DNA of 64,000 bases from positions 2,208,001 through 2,272,000 of the forward strand of contig OY760074.1 of NCBI GenBank assembly GCA_963663035.1, in the 5' to 3' direction. The notes under the pieces are model-generated. The model was given only the letters and a program-made list of their open reading frames with translations. It had not been told where the DNA came from and searched no databases. Source of the stretch: Acidobacteriota bacterium. Lineage in GTDB: Bacteria; Acidobacteriota; UBA6911; RPQK01; JADFOI01. This document shows positions 41,877 to 51,388 of the stretch, one piece after another. The stretch's first letter is position 1. Every line of letters begins with the position of its first letter. A program made the position numbers and the translations under genes.

Positions 41877-43229
41877 CTAGTCCCGCAACCGCAGCAGCCG
41901 CTCGGCGGCCGCATGCAACACATCCATGGATTTACAAAAGGCGAAACGAATAAACCGTCTGCCCATTTCGGGTCGATGATAGAAACTACTGCCCGGCACT
42001 GCGGCAACCCCGTAGGTCTTAACCAGTTGATCGACAAATCGAACGTCATCCAGATCTGTCAGTGGCGAGATGTCGACCATAATGTAGTAGGCACCAGATG
42101 GTGTCCAAACCTTGAACCCAACTTCTTGCAGCCTCCCCACCAGATAATCCCGGCGCTCTCGATATTCTGAGGCCAGCTGCTTGTAGTACTGCCGATCCGT
42201 CCCCATTGCCTTAGTACTCCCTTTCATAAATACGGTAACGTTTGCGGATGGGGCTTGCGAGGCGAAATCGCGAAGAGAGGAGGAGGCGATGCAGAGACAT
42301 CGACTCGTCGTCGCGCCTCAATCTGGGCTCCGTCGCGCTCCCAACAAACATTACCGTATTTATGAAAGTGAGTACTCATCACCAGCTTCCTGCAAAGGAG
42401 CGGCCGCTCCAACCGTCAGGAAATCATGAATCTTGCGGATGCCGTCGGTGAGATCCGGGGGCGCGATAATGTATCCAATCCGCCAGCCCGTCACACTGAA
42501 GGTCTTGGAAAGTCCGCTGATGGTGATGGTCCGGTCCCTCATCCCGGAGAAGAGTGCAAGGGGATGATGACACTGACCGTCATAAACAATGTGCTCATAG
42601 ATCTCATCGGTAATGACGTAAAAATCGTAAGTCTTGGCAAGTGCAGACAGCTGTCCAAGTTCCTCCCGGAAAAACACCTTTCCTGAAGGATTGTTTGGAG
42701 TATTGAGTATCAGGGCACGGATCCCCCCCTGGGACTGGGCCTCTTGAATCTTCTTTTCGAGTTCCTGAAAGTCGAAGGTCCAATCGCGATCCGGGTCAAG
42801 GGCAACATAGAGGGGTGAAGCACCGGCAATGATGGCATCGGGACCATAGTTTTCATAAAAGGGCTCAAAGACAAGCACTTGATCTCCAGGATTGACCAGC
42901 GCCAGAATCGAAGAAATCATGCACTCGGTCGCACCACAGGCCACCGTGACTTCTCTTTCAGGGTCAATCTCCCAGTCATAGAATTCCCTGTACTTTTCAG
43001 CAATTGCCTGCCGGAGTCCAGCGGCACCCCAGGTAATGGCGTACTGGTTAATATCGTCTTGAATCGCCTGGCAAGCAGCGCTCTTAATCTCCTGAGGCGC
43101 TGGGAAATTAGGGAATCCTTGAGCCAGATTAATGGCATCATATTGCATCGCAAAACGCGTCATTTCTCGAATGACAGATTCGGTAAAGTGGGTGACCTTC
43201 TGGCTGGTCCGATGGGGTGACGTCGGCAT
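41877..43229 (-). pseudogene. Class I/II PLP aminotransferase interrupted by a MITE
   Basis: INLAQGFP, NTPNNPSGK, DEIYEH, SKTFSVTGWRIG upstream of the insert; GAYY...RFAFCK downstream in the same frame. Confidence 0.9.
42214..42375 (+). mobile_element. MITE family 2, copy 2 (162 bp)
   Basis: TTA|GTACTCCCTTTCATAAATACGGTAACGTTTG ... CAAACATTACCGTATTTATGAAAGTGAGTAC|TCA. Confidence 0.9.
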
Positions 43230-43230
43230 G

Positions 43231-43258
43231 GCTAACAGCTGACAACTGACAACTGACA
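43231..43258. repeat. Heptamer tandem array (4 units)
   Basis: gctaaca gctgaca actgaca actgaca directly upstream of the aminotransferase ATG. Confidence 0.8.
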
Positions 43259-43278
43259 TGAAGAGAAAGTTAGAAATT

Positions 43279-44076
43279 TCAACTTTTCTCTTCCCGGAGC
43301 TGTGAGGTGGCTGAGGGAAGATCGGGAACCAGGGCCGATGCCTCTGGAACTTCCTGTATTTCCGGAGGAATCCACTCAATGCTGTCCGGTTCCTTCTCCA
43401 CTTCAGGAGACGAAGTCTTTCCTTCCGAAGCGGCCAGCCGCTGCAGGTAGTGGTTTTTCAGAACGAGTACGACCAGGTGGGTGAGTAATTCCAGGGAATC
43501 CAGAGGAAGCGAAGCTGACGAGTCAGCATAAAGAACCACCGGAACAGAGTCTCCAAAGACGAGCGGGATACACACAGCCATCTGCGAAGCTTTTCCCGAC
43601 TGCTTTGACCAGGGAAAGGTGTGATCCAGATCGCCTTCACTGAAAACGATTTGTCTCTGCATAGCGGCCCGGATGATAGGATTTTCCTGGTCTTGGCCCT
43701 CCACCGCCTGGACATGTTCCAGATCAAAACCGATCGCTTTCCAGGGGAGATACTTCTCCTCTTCTTTCAGAAAGAGAATTCCCCTGCTCACAAGAGCTTG
43801 AGCTTCCTCAAAATAGGTGGCCAGGATCTGTTCCTGGGTTTTGCCGGTGGCTAGTTTCTGATGGGCCGCGTTGACTCGCTTGAGCTCTAATCCAGATGCA
43901 ATTGAGGGACTTTTCTGGGTAACGGCTGGAGTATCCCGGTCAAGCTGCGGAGGGCAATCGAGTGCCTTAAGCCTGGATTCAATTTCCTCTTTGGCTGTCT
44001 CAAGCTGAGACTCGATGGCAGTGAGCTTTTCCTGAATGCCGGCCAGAGAGTCTCTCAGGGTTTGTGATCTCGACAA
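43279..44076 (-). CDS. Hypothetical protein with coiled coil and GAF-like domain
   Basis: RGILFL...CIPLVFGDSVPVVLYAD...LELL resembles the end of a GAF fold. Confidence 0.6.
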   Translation of the reverse strand: MSRSQTLRDSLAGIQEKLTAIESQLETAKEEIESRLKALDCPPQLDRDTPAVTQKSPSIASGLELKRVNAAHQKLATGKTQEQILATYFEEAQALVSRGILFLKEEEKYLPWKAIGFDLEHVQAVEGQDQENPIIRAAMQRQIVFSEGDLDHTFPWSKQSGKASQMAVCIPLVFGDSVPVVLYADSSASLPLDSLELLTHLVVLVLKNHYLQRLAASEGKTSSPEVEKEPDSIEWIPPEIQEVPEASALVPDLPSATSQLREEKS

Positions 44077-44210
44077 ATCCTTCTCTTCCTCCCACCTTGG
44101 TGCGGACTTTCCCCCGGTCGTGGGGCAATCTTAGAAACTTGCCATCCTCACTGTCAACTCATGAAAATGATTGTGATATAAGGGTCCTCATCAAGAACAC
44201 AATACCCAGC

Positions 44211-46385
44211 ATGCTCACAGAACTGCAAGGGCAGATAGAACGAATCACCTTCATCAACGAAGAGAATAGCTTCACCATCGCTAAGGTGAAAGTTCCGGGC
44301 CAGCGCGAGCTAGCGACCGTGGTGGGAAACCTGGTGGCTCTCACGCCGGGAGAAGTCCTCCTGATGAAGGGTGAGTGGACCAATCATCCCCGATACGGCA
44401 GGCAGTTCCAGGTGTTGAATTTCAAATCTCAGGTCCCAGCCTCTGTCTATGGCATCAAGAGATACCTGGGCTCCGGTCTCATTAAGGGCATCGGCCCGAT
44501 CATGGCCCAGAGAATCGTCAAGAGGTTCGGCGATAAAACTCTCGATGTCATCGAAAATGAACTGGAAAGGCTGACCGAGGTCCAGGGTATCGGAAAGAAA
44601 CGGATCGCCATGATCAGAACGGCCTGGGACGAACAGCAGGAGATTCGGGAGGTCATGCTGTTCCTGCAGACCCATGGGATCAGCTCAGGATATGCCGCCA
44701 AGATTTTCAAACACTATGGCCGTCAGTCCATCGAGGTGGTTCAGAAAAACCCCTACCGTCTGGCCGTGGACATTCTAGGGATAGGCTTTGTCACGGCTGA
44801 CTCCATCGCGGAGAAACTGGGATTCGCAAAGGATTCGGAGCTGAGGGCGGAGGCGGGAATCCTCTATGTCCTCCATCAATTGACCAATGAGGGTCATGTC
44901 TACTACCCCTACGAACCCCTGATCGAGAAGTGTCAGGAGATTCTCCAAGTGGACAGGGAGGTCATCCTCAAAGCCTTTGGCACCATCGCCTTGGATAAGA
45001 GGATAGTCATCGAGGATCAAAGCGACGACAGCGACAACTTCAAGGAACACCAAAAGGATGTCTATTTAGCGACACTCTATCTCTGCGAGACCGGCATATC
45101 CCACCGACTGAAGACCCTGATCTCCGCACCCAAGACCATTCGGAGAGTCGACACCGACAAAGCCATCGAATGGGTCCAGAAGCAGCTTGCCATTACTCTA
45201 GCTGCAAGACAGATCGGGGCAGTGAGGTGTGCTGTGGAGGAAAAGGTGATGGTGATCACCGGTGGGCCTGGAACCGGAAAAACGACCATCATTAACGCCA
45301 TTCTAAAGATCTTTGCCAAGCTCACGGTTAACATCATGTTGGCAGCCCCCACCGGCAGGGCTGCCAAACGGATGAATCAGGCAACAGGTCACGAGGCCAA
45401 GACGATTCATCGCATGCTCGAATTCAGTCTTCAAAAGGGAGGCTTCCAGAAAAACGAGACCCATCCTCTGACATGCGATTTGCTCATCGTGGATGAAGCT
45501 TCAATGATCGATACGGTGCTCATGCACCACCTTCTGAAGGCCATTCCTCCCAGAGCCACCCTGGTCCTGGTTGGAGATGTCAATCAGCTCCCTTCTGTGG
45601 GTCCTGGAAATGTTCTCCAGGACATCATCGCCTCGGGAGTTGTGCGGGTAGTCAAGCTCAGTGAGATCTTTCGTCAGGCCCAGGAAAGCTCAATCATCGT
45701 CAACGCCCACAAAATCAACCGTGGTCTTCTGCCAGCACTGACTCCTCCGCGAGCTCAACTGGAGGACTTCTATTTTATCGAACAGGAAGACCCTGAAGCG
45801 GTCCTGAGCACTGTACTGGAGCTGACCCAGGAACGCATCCCCGGGCGGTTTGGATTCCATCCCCTCAACGACATTCAGGTGCTCACTCCCATGCACAAAG
45901 GAGTGGTGGGTGCAGAGAATCTCAACACTGAGCTCCAAAAAGCGTTCAATCCGACACCAGCGGGGGTGATTCGAGGAGGAAGGAACTTTCGGATCAGAGA
46001 CAAGGTTATGCAAATCAAGAACAATTACGACAAGGCCGTTTTCAACGGCGACATTGGCCGGATAACCCGGATAACGTCGGAGTCCCAAGAAGTCCTCATC
46101 TCCTTCGATGGCCGGGATGTGTTGTACGATTTCACGGACCTGGACGAGATTGTTCTAGCTTACGCCATATCCGTGCACAAGTCCCAGGGCTCCGAGTATC
46201 CAGCCGTGATCATCCCCATCGTCATGCAGCACTATATCCTTTTGCAGCGGAACTTGATTTACACTGCGGTGACCAGGGGCAGAAAGTTAGTGGTGATGGT
46301 GGGAACCAAGAAAGCCTTGGCGGTTGGGGTTAAGAACGACAAAACACGAAAACGCTATTCACGTTTACGAAACAGACTGGGTTGA
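44211..46385 (+). CDS. recD2: ATP-dependent RecD-like helicase RecD2
   Basis: HhH repeats, GGPGTGKTT, APTGRAAKR, VDEASM, HKSQGSEY, YTAVTRG; start at MLTELQG. Confidence 0.95.
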   Translation: MLTELQGQIERITFINEENSFTIAKVKVPGQRELATVVGNLVALTPGEVLLMKGEWTNHPRYGRQFQVLNFKSQVPASVYGIKRYLGSGLIKGIGPIMAQRIVKRFGDKTLDVIENELERLTEVQGIGKKRIAMIRTAWDEQQEIREVMLFLQTHGISSGYAAKIFKHYGRQSIEVVQKNPYRLAVDILGIGFVTADSIAEKLGFAKDSELRAEAGILYVLHQLTNEGHVYYPYEPLIEKCQEILQVDREVILKAFGTIALDKRIVIEDQSDDSDNFKEHQKDVYLATLYLCETGISHRLKTLISAPKTIRRVDTDKAIEWVQKQLAITLAARQIGAVRCAVEEKVMVITGGPGTGKTTIINAILKIFAKLTVNIMLAAPTGRAAKRMNQATGHEAKTIHRMLEFSLQKGGFQKNETHPLTCDLLIVDEASMIDTVLMHHLLKAIPPRATLVLVGDVNQLPSVGPGNVLQDIIASGVVRVVKLSEIFRQAQESSIIVNAHKINRGLLPALTPPRAQLEDFYFIEQEDPEAVLSTVLELTQERIPGRFGFHPLNDIQVLTPMHKGVVGAENLNTELQKAFNPTPAGVIRGGRNFRIRDKVMQIKNNYDKAVFNGDIGRITRITSESQEVLISFDGRDVLYDFTDLDEIVLAYAISVHKSQGSEYPAVIIPIVMQHYILLQRNLIYTAVTRGRKLVVMVGTKKALAVGVKNDKTRKRYSRLRNRLG

Positions 46386-46398
46386 TTAAGCCCGGATT

Positions 46399-47154
46399 AT
46401 GCAGATCACCATTTTAGGCAGTGGGACTTCTATTCCCCATCCTCAGCGTGCTTCTCCCGGTCTGGTGATCCGTTTCAACCAAACGACTATCCTGGTGGAT
46501 CCCAGCTCCGGTTCCCTGCACCGCGCTGAGCGGCACGGAGCAGCAGTAAAGGACATCGACTACGTCCTGTTCTCCCATTATCATCCGGACCACACGGGGG
46601 ATTTGGGCCCGTTTCTCTTTGCCCTCAGGAACTCGGAGTACTTCGGCTCCAAGAAGCTCAGGCTCATGGGACCACCTGGATTGAAGGACCTCCACCGTGG
46701 CCTGCTGGATTTCTACGGCAGTTGGATTCACCTGGAAAGTGAGCGTTTGACGATTCGCGAGATCTGGGACGATCAACTGAAGTTCCCCGACTGGGCTGTC
46801 CGCTCACTGCCTGTCCCTCACACGGAAAGCAGTCTTGGATATCGTTTCACAGACTCCGAGGGGAAGGTCTTTGCCTACTCCGGGGATACTGACTATGCTG
46901 AGGCATTGATCGAGCTATCCCAGGATGCTGACGCCGCCTTGATCGAAGCCGCCCAGCCGTCGGGACTCAAACTGGAAGGCCATCTCACACCCCACTTGGC
47001 CGGACAGATTGCTCAAAAGGCAGCTGCCAAGCGGCTCATCCTCACCCACCTGTATCCGGTGTGTGATGACTATGATCTGCTCTCGGAGATTCGCAGTTCG
47101 GGGTACCAAGGTCAGGCCGAGATCGCCCAGGATGGGATGAAGATCAACCTTTAG
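46399..47154 (+). CDS. MBL-fold hydrolase, RNase Z/AtsA-like
   Basis: LGSGTS, SHYHPDH, YSGDT, HLTP, LTHLYP. Confidence 0.88.
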   Translation: MQITILGSGTSIPHPQRASPGLVIRFNQTTILVDPSSGSLHRAERHGAAVKDIDYVLFSHYHPDHTGDLGPFLFALRNSEYFGSKKLRLMGPPGLKDLHRGLLDFYGSWIHLESERLTIREIWDDQLKFPDWAVRSLPVPHTESSLGYRFTDSEGKVFAYSGDTDYAEALIELSQDADAALIEAAQPSGLKLEGHLTPHLAGQIAQKAAAKRLILTHLYPVCDDYDLLSEIRSSGYQGQAEIAQDGMKINL

Positions 47155-47163
47155 AAGGGGTAG

Positions 47164-47401
47164 CCCGCATTGCTCACACCAGCTCGTGGCGAAGCGGCGG
47201 AAGGGCTGGAAAACAGAGCCGTGGGCTTTAGCCCACGGGCCCGCAGGCTAAAGCCTGCGGCTCCGACTGGCGCGCGAGGGGTACCCGCAAACGTACTCTT
47301 GAGTACGTTGAGGAGCCGAGGGGTACCCGCTTGCGGGTCGCGCAACACAGTCAGGTCGGCTCATTGCGCCGATGCAGTAGAGCAGGTGTGAGAAGTGCGG
47401 G
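47164..47401 (+). mobile_element. MITE family 1, copy D, carrying a REP-A pair (47214-47267)
   Basis: CCCGCATTGCTCACACCAGCTC / GAGCAGGTGTGAGAAGTGCGGG ends with the family core. Confidence 0.82.
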
Positions 47402-47402
47402 C

Positions 47403-48599
47403 TCAGAGACTCACCGCCGAGGTCGACGCATTGTAACACTCGGTTGCAGCCTCCACCCCGGCTCCCTGGGCGCAGTGAAAGCCCTGCCTGCGCAAGCAGG
47501 TCTCCAGAGCGAAAAGAAAGTAGAGCACATTCTGAGCCTGGCTGTTCTCCCCCATCAACCCCACTCGCCAAACCTTCCCCTTCAAGTCACCCAGACCTCC
47601 GCCGATTTCCAGATTGAACTGGCTCAGCAGCTCACTTCGAACTTTCCCATCATCCACACCGGCAGGGATGCACACCGTATTCAACGACCACAGACGATAT
47701 TCGGGGTCTACGTGCATCTGCAACCCCAGTCCCTCGAATCCCGCCACCAGAGCTGTGTGATTTTGCCGGTGGCGATCGAAGCGTTCCTCCAGTCCCTCTT
47801 CCACAATGATCTTCAGCGCTTCACACAAGGCATAATTCATCGAGATGGGTGCCGTGTGATGGTACGCCCGCTCCTCACCCCAATAGGACCGGAGGAGGTT
47901 AAAGTCCAGGTACCAGCTTCTGCATGGGCTGGTGCGGGTTTTCAACTTCGCTTCAGCCTTGGGAGAAAGGGTAATGGGCGCAAGTCCAGGAGGACAGCTC
48001 AAGCACTTTTGAGTCCCGCTGTAACAAATATCGATACCCCAGGAATCGACTTCGACGGGGTGTCCTCCCAGAGAGGTCACGGCATCCACCAGCAGCAGTG
48101 AATCGAGGCTGTTACAAATTTCCCGGATGGGCTCCAAAGGTTGGAGGACTCCGGTGGAGGTTTCAGCATGCACGACGGCTATGATGCTCGGTTGGCACTT
48201 CTGGGCGGCCTCAAGCATGGCTTTCCCGCCGAGAGGCTCACCAAAGGGAGCGGAAACCACCGTGCAGTCACCGCCATTCCGGCGGACCATCTCTGCGATC
48301 CGCTGCCCGAAAACCCCGTTGACACCAACCAGGACAGACTCTCCCTCCTCAACAAAATTGGCGACTGAGGCCTCCATCCCAGCAGTTCCAGTTCCTGACA
48401 GTGGAATGGTGAAAGGGTTGCCGGTTTGAAAGACGCGCCGCAGAAGGTCCTGAATTGTATTCATGATCTCCACGAACTCGGGATCGAGATGACCGACCAG
48501 CGGCCGGCTCATGGCTCGAAGGACCCGAGACGGCACATTTGATGGCCCCGGTCCCATCAACAACCTTCCTTCTTTGCCCTTCTGTGTCAGTCTCTTCAT
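47403..48599 (-). CDS. Alanine--glyoxylate / serine--pyruvate aminotransferase (class V)
   Basis: [34 protein letters not shown]; start at MKRLTQ. Confidence 0.93.
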   Translation of the reverse strand: MKRLTQKGKEGRLLMGPGPSNVPSRVLRAMSRPLVGHLDPEFVEIMNTIQDLLRRVFQTGNPFTIPLSGTGTAGMEASVANFVEEGESVLVGVNGVFGQRIAEMVRRNGGDCTVVSAPFGEPLGGKAMLEAAQKCQPSIIAVVHAETSTGVLQPLEPIREICNSLDSLLLVDAVTSLGGHPVEVDSWGIDICYSGTQKCLSCPPGLAPITLSPKAEAKLKTRTSPCRSWYLDFNLLRSYWGEERAYHHTAPISMNYALCEALKIIVEEGLEERFDRHRQNHTALVAGFEGLGLQMHVDPEYRLWSLNTVCIPAGVDDGKVRSELLSQFNLEIGGGLGDLKGKVWRVGLMGENSQAQNVLYFLFALETCLRRQGFHCAQGAGVEAATECYNASTSAVSL

Positions 48600-48644
48600 C
48601 TTTTCATCGAGCCTCCGTGACCCAATGAAGTATATAATTGTGTA

Positions 48645-49091
48645 GTGAGAGTCACCAGTCCCACTTTTCCAGCTGGCGGCGCCATTCCCATGAAGCACAC
48701 CTGTGAAGGTCTGGATGTCTCACCGGCGCTCAGGTGGAAAGAGGTTCCGGAAGGAACGAAGAGTTTCGCGCTCACCGTCACCGATCCAGACGCGCCTATG
48801 GAATGGATTCACTGGTTGGTCTGTGACCTTCCACTCGATGTCCGAATGATTTCAGAAGGCGGGCCAGTTCCCACGGGGGCCAAAGAAATACGAAATGATT
48901 TTGGGAAAGAAGCCTATGGTGGTCCCTGCCCTCCCAGTGGAACGCATCGCTACTACTTCACCCTCTATGCACTGGACACGGAGCATCTACTCGCGAGGAA
49001 GGAAAACTTTCTCGAACTGTGCAAAAAGCACCTGATAGAGAAGGCTGAGCTCATGGGCCGATATCAGCGAGGATCCACGGGCGGGATCTGA
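48645..49091 (+). CDS. YbhB/YbcL (PEBP) family protein
   Basis: [24 protein letters not shown]. Confidence 0.92.
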   Translation: MRVTSPTFPAGGAIPMKHTCEGLDVSPALRWKEVPEGTKSFALTVTDPDAPMEWIHWLVCDLPLDVRMISEGGPVPTGAKEIRNDFGKEAYGGPCPPSGTHRYYFTLYALDTEHLLARKENFLELCKKHLIEKAELMGRYQRGSTGGI

Positions 49092-49181
49092 TACCTCCAC
49101 CCGTCCCTTTTCGGTGGCCGGGTCGTCATTTCCAGACTTTTCGTAGGCTGCCATCCATTGCTTTGCGTTTTCCAGACAGGC

Positions 49182-49416
49182 CCGTGGGCTAAAGCCCACG
49201 GCTCTGACTGATCCTCGTTACCTCCTATCAGAGCCGCAGGCTTTAGCCTGCGGGCCAGCTCAGCACTAGCCGTTCTGTGAACGGCTCCGCTGCTACGGCA
49301 AGGCCGTACTTTCGGGCCGCTCACAGAGCGGCCGCTACAATTTCGCGGCCTGAGGCCGCTCCCACATTCTCCCAGCCGCAAGGAGCGGAAGGTGGGAGCC
49401 GCCTCAGTGCGGCGAA
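49182..49416. repeat. Mosaic REP cluster
   Basis: REP-A pair (49182-49208, 49228-49253), GTAG-footed hairpin (49315-49339, minus), GTGG-footed pair (49343-49366 minus, 49392-49416 plus). Confidence 0.8.
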
Positions 49417-49572
49417 GTAGCCTGCGGGACTGCGCAACACTCTCCCATTTTCGCCCGTGGCCTAAATAGCCTCGCTCGAGGGTGTGAGAAATGCCGACTC
49501 GTGGAGTATAATCAGCTCTGACGAGCGGGCAGACTTCGCAGGAAATCAAGTATTAACTTCCTTCTCCGTGTC

Positions 49573-49604
49573 TTCCCTATAGGGAATCAGTGCTCAACGT
49601 TGAG
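49573..49604. promoter_or_regulatory. Two perfect palindromes, candidate operators
   Basis: TTCCCTATAGGGAA (49573-49586) and CTCAACGTTGAG (49593-49604) between TATAAT (49507) and the ATG at 49629. Confidence 0.4.
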
Positions 49605-49628
49605 TTCAGCAAAGAAAGGTTCTAGAAG

Positions 49629-50576
49629 ATGGATTACCGCCAATCCCGCCAAGAGATCGTTGAAAAAAACAAAGGCATGAGGGACAAGCGCACCAGCCTG
49701 GAAGAGGCCGTGGGCATGATTAAAAATGAAGACCATGTGGCCGTTGGAGGACTTCAATACACCCGCACACCCATGGGAGTCCTGTGGGAGATCATCCGGC
49801 AGAAAAAGCGAGATATCACCTTCTATAAACCTCTGATGAGTTTCGAGGGGGATTGGCTCTTTGTCTCGGGGGCCATGGGCAAGGCCGTGACCAGCTGGTT
49901 CAGCGGTGGGGTAACCTGGGGAGTATCAAAAATCATGCGCAGTTTTGCCGAGAAGGATCCCAGCACCTTTGAGGAATGGAGCTTGCTGGGACTCTCGCTG
50001 ATGTTTAAGGCGGGAGCCATGGGAATTCCTTCTATCCCAACCAAATCCATGCTGGGTTCTGACCTGGAGAAAAGCAGGGGTTTAAAACGCTTCACCTGCC
50101 CTTATTCCGGCGAAGAGCTTCTCTTGATACCTGCGGTCAATCCCGACGTCGCAGTTATTCATTCCCAAATTGCGGACATCTACGGGAACGCTCAGATCTT
50201 TGGTCCCCCGTGCCTGGACATAGAAACCGCCAAGGCGGCCAGCCGGGTCATCTTGACGACTGAGCAAATCGTGGATAATGAGCACATTCGGGATGCTCCC
50301 AACTCGACCAACATACCCTTTTTCTGCGTAGATGCCGTGGTAGAATTGCCCTTCGGCTGCTATCCACATGAATGTTATGGACGGTATGAACCTGCCTATG
50401 AAAAGCTGGGAGAGTATGGGCAGGGTTTACTGCAAGCCAAAGATAAAATAGGCTTTGTACGGGAGTTCCTGGAAAAGTTCTTCTACCAACCGACGGACTT
50501 TGATGAGTACCTGTCCTTATTCGGTGTGAAGAGCTTACTGGAAACCACTCGAAGGGGAAGAATTTGGCCGCAGTAA
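49629..50576 (+). CDS. Class I CoA-transferase alpha subunit (GctA-like) 1
   Basis: AGAMGIPSIPTKSMLGSDL, PAVNPDVAVIH, PFGCYPHEC. Confidence 0.88.
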   Translation: MDYRQSRQEIVEKNKGMRDKRTSLEEAVGMIKNEDHVAVGGLQYTRTPMGVLWEIIRQKKRDITFYKPLMSFEGDWLFVSGAMGKAVTSWFSGGVTWGVSKIMRSFAEKDPSTFEEWSLLGLSLMFKAGAMGIPSIPTKSMLGSDLEKSRGLKRFTCPYSGEELLLIPAVNPDVAVIHSQIADIYGNAQIFGPPCLDIETAKAASRVILTTEQIVDNEHIRDAPNSTNIPFFCVDAVVELPFGCYPHECYGRYEPAYEKLGEYGQGLLQAKDKIGFVREFLEKFFYQPTDFDEYLSLFGVKSLLETTRRGRIWPQ

Positions 50577-51343
50577 ACGACTATAACCCAGCTGAGCTCA
50601 CAGTAATCATGGGCTCTCGTGCTTTACAAGATGGTCAGATTGTGTTCGCCGGAGCTGGGCTTCCACTGCTCTCGGCGATTCTGGCCCAGAAGCTACACGC
50701 ACCCAGCTTGGCCATCCTCTTCGAGGTTGGAGGTGTCGCACCCATCATCAAAAATCTGCCGCGCTCAACGAATGAAGCACGATCGGTACGCCGTTCCGTA
50801 GCCACCCCTGCCACAGTCGACATGATGCTCTATCTCCAGCGGGGTTTCGTCGATGTCGGCTTTCTGGGAGGTGCACAGATCGACCGTCACGGAAATATCA
50901 ACAGCAGCTGCATCGGGACACCAGAGAAGCCAAAGGTCAGGCTGCCGGGAAGTGGTGGGGCCAATGATATCGCCAGTTCCGCCAATAAGGTCTTCATCAT
51001 CAGCTACCATGAAAAGAGACGCTTTGTGGAAGAGGTGGACTACGTGACCAGTCCCGGTTTCTTAAACGGTGGAGATGCTCGAGAGAAGACGGGATTACTG
51101 GGCGGAGGAGTAGAGAGGGTCATCACGAATCTGGGTGTCCTGGAGTTCGAAGCTAAAACCCGGGAAATGCAGCTAACAGCCCTACACCCGGGCATCAGTG
51201 AGGAAGAAGTCCTGGAAAAAACTGGTTTCAACCTGAATATCTGTGAGGACTTGGAGGTTACCACGCCTCCATCGGATGAGGAGTTAGAGTCTCTCCGTGC
51301 ACTCGATCCCGAAAAACGATACCTCAAAGCCGGAGAGTTTTAA
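50564..51343 (+). CDS. Class I CoA-transferase beta subunit (GctB-like) 1
   Basis: LFEVG (catalytic Glu position), FLGGAQIDRHGNIN, RLPGSGGANDI. Confidence 0.88.
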   Translation: MAAVNDYNPAELTVIMGSRALQDGQIVFAGAGLPLLSAILAQKLHAPSLAILFEVGGVAPIIKNLPRSTNEARSVRRSVATPATVDMMLYLQRGFVDVGFLGGAQIDRHGNINSSCIGTPEKPKVRLPGSGGANDIASSANKVFIISYHEKRRFVEEVDYVTSPGFLNGGDAREKTGLLGGGVERVITNLGVLEFEAKTREMQLTALHPGISEEEVLEKTGFNLNICEDLEVTTPPSDEELESLRALDPEKRYLKAGEF

Positions 51344-51388
51344 GGCTCGCTCGACGCGAGTTCACAAACCAAAAGGGAGAAAGACGCG

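Noticed and set aside
31630-47154. DinG, S1/P1, PolX, RecD2 and MBL nuclease as a defence island
   Set aside because: Dispersed among housekeeping genes on both strands; no operon structure or defence-specific domains seen
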